From: Candidatus Neomicrothrix subdominans
GTDB taxonomy: Bacteria; Actinomycetota; Acidimicrobiia; Acidimicrobiales; Microtrichaceae
Length of the DNA: 64,000 bases
Direction: 5' to 3'
Assembly: GCA_016719385.1 (NCBI GenBank)
Contig: JADJZA010000003.1
Location: 4,161 to 68,160, forward strand
Program-made: the position numbers and the translations under genes
Shown here: one piece after another, positions 9,843 to 17,752 of the stretch
Layout of the letters: the number at the start of each line of letters is the position of its first letter
Numbering within the stretch: the first letter of the stretch is position 1
Notes under the pieces: model-generated
What the model saw: only the letters and a program-made list of their open reading frames with translations
Told to the model about the DNA's origin: nothing
Databases searched by the model: none

Positions 9843-10563
9843 CAATGCCCCTTCCGTCGTTCAGAGTCCCGTCAGGCAAGCGACGGGCTGTCACCATCAG
9901 CACACTAGATCCGGGTTGGTCGGTATGGAGCTGCATCGGCAACGCCGCCGGAAGGACGTACCAAAGGTCGGGTCGGAGTTGGGTCTTGACTCCCACCGCG
10001 AGGTCGGTGCGATCGCCCGGGTGCTCGGTGCGGTACTGAAGAACCATCTCGGCCGGGTTTCGCACTTCCAGCTGAACGATCGAATGCTCATCGAGCAGAG
10101 CGAAGACGACCACGGCACTGTTCGGAACCGAAAACCGGGCCGTCGAACCGTCGAGTTGCAAAACCATCCGCTCATTCACCTGCCAGCGAACCTCGGGCAA
10201 CCCGGTGAACGCCGCAAGGTAGTCAGCGAGGCTGACTGCGATTCGGTCGAGAAGCCGCACACGCGATGCCATCGGGGATTCGTCCTCGACCGAACTGCGG
10301 AGCAACGTGGTAGCAACGCCCAGGCGGGCCGACGCCGCTTCCGAGTGGACCGATATCCCGTTGCTGGCGCGAATGAGAGGACGGAGCAGCTCGCCTGTTT
10401 CCTCGGGCAAGCCAGCCACCGCCAATACCGACTCATGGTCGCGGTGCTCGGTAGCACTTCGGAGGCGTTCGGAACCGATGACGTCTCTGGGGATGTTGCG
10501 GCTGGACGTCGGGGTCATAGGGCGGTACGCCTCCTCGTCTGGCTCAAGAAAACGGACTTCCAT
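9835..10563 (-). CDS. Hypothetical protein, possibly cupin-like
   Basis: Coding-like ORF that overlaps the stop of the P4H-like gene (10544). Start ambiguous: ATG 10563 or TTG 10578. Confidence 0.4.
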   Translation of the reverse strand: MEVRFLEPDEEAYRPMTPTSSRNIPRDVIGSERLRSATEHRDHESVLAVAGLPEETGELLRPLIRASNGISVHSEAASARLGVATTLLRSSVEDESPMASRVRLLDRIAVSLADYLAAFTGLPEVRWQVNERMVLQLDGSTARFSVPNSAVVVFALLDEHSIVQLEVRNPAEMVLQYRTEHPGDRTDLAVGVKTQLRPDLWYVLPAALPMQLHTDQPGSSVLMVTARRLPDGTLNDGRGIDE

Positions 10564-11152
10564 GGATCCAGCCGACAAGAACTCGTCGTGTTCCTTGCGT
10601 CACCGGGTGCACCTGGTGCAACAAGAAAGACGGGAATACGATCATCATTCCTTGGTCGACTTGGACGACGTTGCCGGGAAGCATCTCGAGTTCTCCACCG
10701 CGGTACTCATCAGGTTTCGACAGCATGACCACGAAGCTAAGTTTTCGGGTCGACATGGCCCCACCGACGTCCATGTGAGCTGCGAAGTGCCCCTCGTCGT
10801 TGGATGAATACTCCAGGATTCGCGGCAGATCGGATCGGTGAAACCCCTCGAGGCTGAAGTGATACAGCGAAGCATTCAGCTGCGCCAGCCGCTCCAGCAT
10901 CCCAGGGAATAACTCGGTTTGGAGCTGGGAGGTGACCTCGTATTCCACACAGCGGCGCTCCCTGGGGTTGGTCCCGTGGTGGCTGTAGCCGCCGGGAAAC
11001 CCAGGCATAGGGGCACTGGTAGTGACCCTGGCCGGGGTCGGGCGCTCGGCGCATACCCGGTCCACGATGTCCTGGCATCGCTCGCTCGACCAGAGCAGCT
11101 CACGCTGGACGGCGCACAGGTTGGAGTTGGGCTGAATCCCGGTCTGGCTCAT
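10544..11152 (-). CDS. Prolyl 4-hydroxylase-like 2OG-Fe(II) oxygenase
   Basis: HFAAHMD...RKLSFVVMLSKPDEYRGGELEM...GMMIVFPSFLLHQVHPVTQGTRRVLVGWI matches the HxD...H...R signature of the 2OG-FeII_Oxy_3/P4H group. Confidence 0.7.
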   Translation of the reverse strand: MSQTGIQPNSNLCAVQRELLWSSERCQDIVDRVCAERPTPARVTTSAPMPGFPGGYSHHGTNPRERRCVEYEVTSQLQTELFPGMLERLAQLNASLYHFSLEGFHRSDLPRILEYSSNDEGHFAAHMDVGGAMSTRKLSFVVMLSKPDEYRGGELEMLPGNVVQVDQGMMIVFPSFLLHQVHPVTQGTRRVLVGWIHGSPFS

Positions 11153-12033
11153 CAGCGCTCAACCACCAACGGGCTGGAGATGGCACGGCGCCGGACTTCA
11201 GCCCACAGATCGCGCGTCGAGCGTTCGATCTGAAGGCGGAGCCGCCAGCTCAGTTCCGGGCGGGATCGCTCTTTGGCGGGAGCCCACTTGACGTCTGTGC
11301 CGGTCGGACGCTTCGAGTACAACGTGAGTTCGCGCTCGCATTCCGCGGGGTCAGGACGGGGAAGGCCCCACATGGTGGCCAAGGAATCTGCGATGTCCAA
11401 CGGACGATCCACGAGCTGATCGTAGGTCACCACCTTGACCGAGTCGTCCGGCTCGGCGAGAGCAGCCTCGACAGCGCTGGTCCATCGCTCGATCAGAAAT
11501 GAACTGAACCTCGCACGCCCATTCGACGGCTGGTAGGTGCGAACCAAATCAACCCAGGGTGGTGGCTGATAGAGCCAACTTCGGACGGTTGCCGTCGGAG
11601 ACCGCGTGATCAGAACCGAGGGAAGCGACCCGGCGAACGCCGTCCGGATCGTTGGCAACTGGGGGGTACACACGGAGGAGAGCTTCAACACCGCCGGCGC
11701 CTGGGAGGACCGCCACCGCTTGGCCAACCAGCGGACCTGCCCATCGTTGACGGGAACCGGTGCAGGGGATGCCCAAAGGTCAAAGGGGAACGGCGGCTCC
11801 AGTCCGACGATCGATCCCCCCGTTGCCAGCATGCGACAGAGCAGCGTTGAGCCACAACGGGACGTGTGGAAGATCAATGGAGTTCTGGTCGCCCCAGGGA
11901 ACGCTGGCATGTCGCCGATCGGGTCTTCGGCCGCCCCCAACCTGCTGCCATCGACGATGCCGGTTCCATCTGCGCGGGCCATCGAGACCCCTGAAGGCGT
12001 GACCTGCCATGGGAAGGTTGGGTCATCTACCAA
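11152..12033 (-). CDS. Sulfotransferase-like protein
   Basis: IFHTSRCGSTLLCRML resembles the 5'-PSB loop and VLITRSPTATVRSW the 3'-PB motif of PAPS sulfotransferases. The stop overlaps the next start (TGATG at 11150-11154). The TTG start at 12033 is uncertain. Confidence 0.45.
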   Translation of the reverse strand: MVDDPTFPWQVTPSGVSMARADGTGIVDGSRLGAAEDPIGDMPAFPGATRTPLIFHTSRCGSTLLCRMLATGGSIVGLEPPFPFDLWASPAPVPVNDGQVRWLAKRWRSSQAPAVLKLSSVCTPQLPTIRTAFAGSLPSVLITRSPTATVRSWLYQPPPWVDLVRTYQPSNGRARFSSFLIERWTSAVEAALAEPDDSVKVVTYDQLVDRPLDIADSLATMWGLPRPDPAECERELTLYSKRPTGTDVKWAPAKERSRPELSWRLRLQIERSTRDLWAEVRRRAISSPLVVER

Positions 12034-13388
12034 TACCGCGTCTCCGGAGGCGCATCGCCGACGCGTGCATCCGCAATCAGCCCGATAGCAACCAGCTCAT
12101 CGAGCACCTCAGGCGCCCGGGATCGTTCGGCACGAGGAAGCGCCGCGACGAAGTCCCTCCATGCTAGGTAGCGACCGTCTGCGAGCGAAGTCACCAGCTG
12201 GCCAAGGGACTCGGGAAGGTCAAAGACACCACCGTGTGCCGCGATCAAGAATCGGTCGTCGGCGGCTCCATCGACCCACCCGAGACCGAGGCCGAACGAG
12301 CAGGCCACCCAGGGCTCTTGCTCCATCGGGTCGGCAGTGGCACGGAGCAGTGCGATCGGCCCCGCGAAGGGAGGTCTGGATGCACCAAGACGAATCGCCT
12401 GAACGGCGGACTCGAACAAGGTTCCCCCGAGTTCGCCGACAGCAGCGCCGAATGCGTCTGGGTCACCGAGCGAGGGGGTATCCGAGTCCAACGGGCCGTC
12501 GGGATGAAACACAAAGGGCACCCGCATGGCCGGCAGCTGATGGGCGGGCTGTGCCATAGCCTCAAGCACGTCCAGTGGGGACGGCCGAAGAAAGCCAATG
12601 GTCAGGTGAACGGCTAGCGAGTCGGCACAGATGACGTTGTGCCCGATCCCGTGCGGGACGAAAACCCCCTCCCCCACTTTCAGACGGTAGAGGTCTCCGA
12701 CGAGCGGGCCAACCTCGGAGGGGGTGACGGCCCGGTGTGGCGCCGGACCTGATGGTTGATGAAATGACCAGAGTTTCGCCCCCGTGGTCTGTACAACGAT
12801 CACATCGTGATCATCCCAATGTGGGCCAAATCCGCTGGCGGTCCCATCGGCGACATAGGCGTTGATCCGAACGTCCGAATCAGTGACCGTTCGCAGATCG
12901 TCCACCAGACGGCTCCACTTGGGGACGCGGCTATCCACCGAGTTGATGACCAATCCGACGTCAGACCTCACGATGCCAGCCAAGAGCGACGGGTCAAGAG
13001 CCTGGTGCTTTTGGCTCATCACGATCGGTCTGAGGGGGAGATAGTCACCATCCCGGGCCAGCTTGATGGCTGGCGAGTTAGCCGCGATGGCATCGCCGAC
13101 GTTGTTGGCCAGCAGCACTGCGTCCAGCGCATCGTCGGGATCGAGCCAGCTGACGAATTCGGGGTCGCACTCGACGGTGCGCGGGTCGGCGGTCCCCGAC
13201 CGGCGCGCGATCGCGACGAAATCGAAGTCCGGAAAGGCCGCTTGAAGCCGAACCGACGCCGCCCCCCGGGCCCGACCCCGTGCTGCCGCGAGGTCCGCTT
13301 CAAGGCCCTCGGCGGTGGCATCAAGCACCCGGAGGCGGCCGATGTGTTCAGAACCAAGTGTGTTCCACCCAACGTGGAACACACTCAT
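12027..13388 (-). CDS. JmjC / cupin-4 family oxygenase (ribosomal-oxygenase-like protein hydroxylase)
   Basis: NAYVADGTASGFGPHWDDHDVIVVQTTGAKLW...VGEGVFVPHGIGHNVICADSLAVHLTIGF matches the cupin-4 HxD...H core. The ATG at 13388 forms an ATGA overlap with the stop of the upstream gene. Confidence 0.7.
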   Translation of the reverse strand: MSVFHVGWNTLGSEHIGRLRVLDATAEGLEADLAAARGRARGAASVRLQAAFPDFDFVAIARRSGTADPRTVECDPEFVSWLDPDDALDAVLLANNVGDAIAANSPAIKLARDGDYLPLRPIVMSQKHQALDPSLLAGIVRSDVGLVINSVDSRVPKWSRLVDDLRTVTDSDVRINAYVADGTASGFGPHWDDHDVIVVQTTGAKLWSFHQPSGPAPHRAVTPSEVGPLVGDLYRLKVGEGVFVPHGIGHNVICADSLAVHLTIGFLRPSPLDVLEAMAQPAHQLPAMRVPFVFHPDGPLDSDTPSLGDPDAFGAAVGELGGTLFESAVQAIRLGASRPPFAGPIALLRATADPMEQEPWVACSFGLGLGWVDGAADDRFLIAAHGGVFDLPESLGQLVTSLADGRYLAWRDFVAALPRAERSRAPEVLDELVAIGLIADARVGDAPPETRYW

Positions 13389-14029
13389 GTGCTGGTGCAG
13401 GTGACGTGGATGTTGATCGTGGCGGCGTTCGGGAAATCGGTGCAACCGACCCCGGTGGAATTCGGATCAATCGCAATCGTCATCGAGCCCGGGCTCGTCC
13501 AAGTGGTCGGGACCGGCGTGGTCGTGATGAAGTCGCAGATGGGCCCCCCTGGCCCTGATGTGGCGGTCCAGTCGGCGCCGTTGACGGTGCACATCTGGAA
13601 CGGCGGGTCGATGTTGTTGAACGCGATATCGACGTTGAACGGGGAGGATCCGAGCAAGTGATCGTGGACGGTGAAATTGGCGTTGAACGGACCCACCATC
13701 CCGACATAGTTCCCGGTGTTGCTACAGTGAGTGATCCCGAAAAAGTCCATCTGCGACATCCCGGTCACGCAGGTTCCATTGGGCGCATTCGAAACAGCCC
13801 ATGACAGATTGCCGTTGAACGGGCTCGGCGAATAGGTGGCCGCTCCGGCAGCATCCGGTACGAGGGAACCGCCCTCGATCTTGGGCATCGACCACACGAT
13901 CCCGGCAGTGGTTGCGCCCACGGCCGCCTTCCTCAGCATGTCCCGACGCGATTGGCTGCCGTCGCCTGCTTCGGATTCGGATTCGGATTCGGATTCGGCC
14001 TCCAAGCCGGCGTTTTCCGATTCATCCAT
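13385..14029 (-). CDS. Exported protein with a twin-arginine signal preceded by an acidic (SE)n extension; candidate modification substrate
   Basis: MDESENAGLEAESESESESEAGDGSQ-SRRDMLRKAAVGATTAGIVW matches S-R-R-x-F-L-K followed by an h-region. A GAGGGGG Shine-Dalgarno lies 7 nt upstream of the ATG at 14029. The mature part is N/T/P/G-rich with 6 Cys. Confidence 0.6.
   Translation of the reverse strand: MDESENAGLEAESESESESEAGDGSQSRRDMLRKAAVGATTAGIVWSMPKIEGGSLVPDAAGAATYSPSPFNGNLSWAVSNAPNGTCVTGMSQMDFFGITHCSNTGNYVGMVGPFNANFTVHDHLLGSSPFNVDIAFNNIDPPFQMCTVNGADWTATSGPGGPICDFITTTPVPTTWTSPGSMTIAIDPNSTGVGCTDFPNAATINIHVTCTST
13970..13998 (-). repeat. Hexanucleotide repeat (gaatcc)n encoding ESESESESE
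   Basis: The + strand reads ttcggattcggattcggattcggattcgg. Confidence 0.85.
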
Positions 14030-14076
14030 ACTGGAGCCCCCTCGATCGCCAACAGTGAAGGCGCTACAATACGGCA

Positions 14077-15285
14077 GTGAACTCGTCCGGCGCAAGACCA
14101 TTCAGCGCTGGTCCAGAGCTGGTTACGCTGAGCCACGGCGACAAACACTTGATGTTCGGGGCAAACCCGAGGGCATCCTTGGCCACCGATGACCTGGGCC
14201 GCGACATCGCCCGTGCCTTGGTCGGCTGCGACACCGACGCTGCGACTTCGCTTGCTATGAGTCACGGAGCCGGTCAGGAAGCAGCAGGTGTCGTATCAGA
14301 GTTCCAGCAAGTTCTGGAAGCCATCGAAGCCCTCCCGCAGTTGGAGACTGAGGGGTCCGAGTATCAGCCAGGTACCCACATCCGATATCGGCTATTCGAG
14401 AGCGGACAACGGATCTTTGCTGGTTCTGGATTCCCGCTAGCGATCGGATACGGCGCGCGAGGGAGTTGCCTATGGAACCGCCTCGACCTCGACGACCCCG
14501 GAGCACTGCTCATCATAGGCCCACCTCCGCAGCCTCTGAGGATTCGGCTAGCCGGAGTACCTTGGCGCCACGAACTCATCGCAGCCTTGGGCGACCTGCC
14601 GTGGGAATTGGCAGACCACGATCCTGATGATGGCTTTTGGAAGGCCCAACTGCACCTCGTCGGCGGAGTAGTTGGCAGCACCAGAGCCCACCTGTTCTCC
14701 GTGACCGGGCACCTGCTGGGTACCAGCCGGACGGCCGACCCGTTTGTAGCATCGATCCGAGGGTTTCTCGACACCTCCAGGCTCGTCGCTCATCAAGGTC
14801 TCCTAACAATGTATGCGGGGCTGGTTGAGCGCCAATCGGGTCTGATGCTTCTTCCATGGCAAGAGTTCAGCCGACTGTTTCGCTTCGAGCGGCGGCTTCA
14901 ACGGCACGGATGGTCGCTGCTGCGTTCGCAGCGAGTGCTCTTAAGTCAGGACGGTTCGGAGATGTATCGACCTCCGTCGAGCAACGGAGCGCCTGTTGGG
15001 TCTCCTGAACGAGGTCGGCCAACGGCGATTCTCGTCCCAAACCGATTGTCACTCAATGGCCGGGCATTGGTCGCTGCACACTTCGTTCAGCTTCTGGACC
15101 GCGACCGACGCCCCACACCAGCAGCCCGGGCGAAGGTGGCGGAGCTGATGCTCGGGGTCGATCACGTTGGTGTCGACACCGACAGCGATGCGCAACTGGT
15201 GGACGCTGTCGTGGAGATCGGTCGCCAGCTCGATTCGGCATCCTCGGGCTCACTTGCGCAACGCGGTTTTCTCAGTTCCGAGTAG
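14077..15285 (+). CDS. PqqD-like N-terminal domain protein with a degenerate HprK-like region
   Basis: ELVTLSHGDKHLMFGANPRASLATDDLGRDIARALVG is PqqD-like. QSGLMLLPWQEFSRLFRFERRLQRHGWSLLRSQRVLL aligns by eye to the P-loop region of the intact kinases but lacks GxxGxGKS. Confidence 0.45.
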   Translation: MNSSGARPFSAGPELVTLSHGDKHLMFGANPRASLATDDLGRDIARALVGCDTDAATSLAMSHGAGQEAAGVVSEFQQVLEAIEALPQLETEGSEYQPGTHIRYRLFESGQRIFAGSGFPLAIGYGARGSCLWNRLDLDDPGALLIIGPPPQPLRIRLAGVPWRHELIAALGDLPWELADHDPDDGFWKAQLHLVGGVVGSTRAHLFSVTGHLLGTSRTADPFVASIRGFLDTSRLVAHQGLLTMYAGLVERQSGLMLLPWQEFSRLFRFERRLQRHGWSLLRSQRVLLSQDGSEMYRPPSSNGAPVGSPERGRPTAILVPNRLSLNGRALVAAHFVQLLDRDRRPTPAARAKVAELMLGVDHVGVDTDSDAQLVDAVVEIGRQLDSASSGSLAQRGFLSSE

Positions 15286-15313
15286 GCATCGTACCTCCCC
15301 TCTCGCTTCCTTT

Positions 15314-15430
15314 CAGGTGTTATGCCGAATGCGGCATAACACCTGTTATGCCGAGGCCGTGATTATGCCGAATGGCGGGGTGGATGCGTTGGTGGGGGCG
15401 GCGGACGGGGTGACGCGTTCGGCATAATCA
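15314..15430 (-). repeat. Terminal repeat block of a third RIT element (remnant)
   Basis: 32-bp palindrome caggtgttatgccg-aatg-cggcataacacctg (15314-15345) plus ttatgccga/tcggcataa repeats. The layout matches the ends of the other two RITs. It follows the ritC-like stop at 15428-15430. Confidence 0.55.
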
Positions 15431-15463
15431 CAGGTTCTGGTTCTCCTGGCATTTCTGTGATGG

Positions 15464-15697
15464 GTGAGACTGGTTCGTATGGATCGTCGCGATGAGATGG
15501 TTGAGCTGATCGGACGGCTGGGAGACGGGCCGGACGCTGGGATGGCGGCGGTCGCCCAGTTGAAGGACCTGCTGGACGAGGAGCGTCTGGTGCAGGTTGG
15601 CGAGGCTCGCCGGGCGGGTTGGTCGTGGGCGGCTGTCGGGGCCGCGTTTGGTGTCACTCCCCAGGCGGTTCACAGCCGGTTCGCGTGGCTGGTCTGA
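15464..15697 (+). CDS. Small HTH-like protein inside the ISL3 left end
   Basis: 77-aa ORF ending RRAGWSWAAVGAAFGVTPQAVHSRF, which looks like a helix-turn-helix. Convergent with the transposase. Confidence 0.35.
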   Translation: MRLVRMDRRDEMVELIGRLGDGPDAGMAAVAQLKDLLDEERLVQVGEARRAGWSWAAVGAAFGVTPQAVHSRFAWLV

Positions 15698-15704
15698 GAC
15701 GCCC

Positions 15705-16248
15705 TCAGGTCGTCGGCCGGGGTGGCTCCAGGATCGGTCGGGGTTCCCATGGGAGGGTCGTGGTGATGTTCCCGCACGCGAGGTAGATGATGGGGATGAA
15801 CGTGTTGGCGCGGTGGTGTCCGTAGCCCCGGTGGTTGAGCAGCCGGATCTTCGAGTTGGTCCCTTTCGAGGCGTGAGTTCGACAGGCCCAACTCGACCGA
15901 CGCGATGATCCCGGCCTTGTGGTCGCGGACCAGCTGGGACACTTTGACCATCGGCCGGATCCGGGAACGGCACGCGGACGTCAGCCACCGGTCAAGGTAG
16001 GCGGTGGCGTGGGTCGGGTTGTCGAGTTGGTAGAGGCCCCGGAAGCGTTCCTTGAGTTGTTGGGCCCGCCAGATCGAGTGGTGGGCACGCTGGTGACGTT
16101 TCAACACCGCCGCTTGGGCTTCGGTGTGATCGCCCGGTTTCTTCAACAGCGCCCACCGGAGATCGCGGGCGTCGTCGCCCGACAACGGAAGCCCGGTCTT
16201 GGTGAGTTGGGACCAGCGGATCGTTGCTGTGACTGCCTTGTTGAGGTG
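15705..16248 (-). pseudogene. ISL3 transposase, 3' exon-equivalent part, with an additional frameshift
   Basis: HLNKAVTATIRW...DLRWALLKKPGDHTEAQ...YLDRWLTSACRSRIRPMVKVSQLVRDHKAGIIASVELGLSNSRLE. After one extra A near 15868 the +1 frame reads GTNSKIRLLNHRGYGHHRANTFIPIIYLACG...* (stop 15705-15707). Confidence 0.7.
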
Positions 16249-16361
16249 GTGAGATCGGGCCGGAGCGCCCTTCCAGCATTCCGGCTGGCGGGCTTCTCCG
16301 GCCCGTCTCCCGAACCGGACGTGCGGCTTCCACCGCTATGCCGAGTTCGGCATAACGATGA

Positions 16362-16456
16362 TTATGTCGAGTAGACGATTATGTCGAGTAGCGGTCTCGG
16401 CTGTTGGTTTCGCCCTGGTATCACCGGTGGTCGTGGCGGGTCTGCTCGGCATAATC
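16362..16456 (+). repeat. RIT1 left terminal inverted repeat
   Basis: 92/95 identity to the reverse complement of 19658-19752. Contains ttatgtcgagta x2 and an inverted ctcggcataatc. Confidence 0.85.
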
Positions 16457-16519
16457 GTGAGGAACTGAGGGACGCTTCTTGTCGCTGGAACATGGTGTTC
16501 CGGCGGGAGGAGAACGATC

Positions 16520-17752
16520 ATGAACATGCCGTCACCGACTCGTGTGCGTGTCGCGGGCCCGCTTCAGCCCTATGCGGTTGGATTCCGCCAGGAGTTGTCC
16601 CGGTTGGGATACTCGTCGAGCCCGGCTGCGGGCCATCTTCAGTTGATGGAGCATCTGAGCTGCTGGCTGGACGATCACAATCGGGGCCCGGAGGGTCTGA
16701 CAGCGGCCCGGGTTGACGAGTTCTTGGATCATCGTCGCTCGCAGGGCCGGTTGCACCAACAACTCAGCCTGGGCGGGCTGAGCCCGCTGCTGAGTTATCT
16801 TCGTGAGGTGGGGGTGGTGCCGCCACCGGCGTTGCTGGCGTCGACTGGTCCGTTCTCGCAACTGATGGAGGAGTTCGTCGGCTACTTGCGTGATGAGCGT
16901 GGCCTGGCTGAGAACACGGTGGGCAACTACCGGTGCGTCGCCGAGCTGTTCTTGTCAACAACTCGGCTGTGTGGTTCAGGTGAGGGGCGCTCGACCGTGT
17001 CCGATCTTCGTGCTGGCGATGTGATCGGGTTCATGGTGAGCGAGGCGAATAGTCGTAGTGCCGGGTCGCTCAGCAACGTCGCGACCGGACTCCGGGCGTT
17101 CCTGAGGTTCTTGCACCTACAGGGCTTCATGGCCACGTGTTTGGCTACGGCGGTGCCTGCGGCTACCGGTTGGCGTGATGGGGGTCTGTTGTGTCGCGCT
17201 GTCGAATCAGCACAGGTCGCCCAACTCTTGGCGAGCTGTGACCGGCGGACCGGTTCGGGGCGTCGCGACTTCGCGATCCTGACTGTGCTGGCCCGGTTGG
17301 GGTTGCGGGCAGGCGAGGTGGCTGCGCTCGGTGTTGATGACATCGACTGGCGGGCGGGTGAGCTTGTCGTGACCGGCAAGGGCAATCGACGCGATCGGCT
17401 GCCGTTGCCCGTTGACGTGGGACAGGCCATCGCCGACTACTGCGCGCGCGGACGTCGCCACGGTGATTGTCGCAGTCTGTTCCTCCACGCAAGGGGCCCT
17501 TATGTCGGGGTCTCGGGGAGCGCGGTGAGGGAGGTGGTCGCTCGGGCATGTGACCGTGTCGGGGTGCCCCGCATCGGAGCGCATCGGCTGCGACACGCTG
17601 CTGCCACCTCGATGCGCCGGGCCGGTGCGCCACTCTTCGAGATCGCCCAGGTGCTCCGGCATCGTCACTTGCCGACGACCGCGCACTACGCCAGAGACGA
17701 CGTTGCCGCCTTGGCTGTCGTCGCTCGCGGGTGGCTCGGTGGTGACGCATGA
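16520..17752 (+). CDS. ritA: Tyrosine recombinase, RIT subunit A
   Basis: 410 aa with C-terminal HRLRHAAATSM...LRHRHLPTTAHYA (R..HxxR..Y catalytic pattern). ATGA overlap with the next gene. Confidence 0.7.
   Translation: MNMPSPTRVRVAGPLQPYAVGFRQELSRLGYSSSPAAGHLQLMEHLSCWLDDHNRGPEGLTAARVDEFLDHRRSQGRLHQQLSLGGLSPLLSYLREVGVVPPPALLASTGPFSQLMEEFVGYLRDERGLAENTVGNYRCVAELFLSTTRLCGSGEGRSTVSDLRAGDVIGFMVSEANSRSAGSLSNVATGLRAFLRFLHLQGFMATCLATAVPAATGWRDGGLLCRAVESAQVAQLLASCDRRTGSGRRDFAILTVLARLGLRAGEVAALGVDDIDWRAGELVVTGKGNRRDRLPLPVDVGQAIADYCARGRRHGDCRSLFLHARGPYVGVSGSAVREVVARACDRVGVPRIGAHRLRHAAATSMRRAGAPLFEIAQVLRHRHLPTTAHYARDDVAALAVVARGWLGGDA

Noticed and set aside
3592-15285. Canonical lasso-peptide biosynthetic cluster
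   Set aside because: Despite lasso-type tailoring enzymes and PqqD-like domains, I found no Asn-synthetase-like cyclase, no transglutaminase-like leader peptidase and no short precursor ORF in the listed frames.
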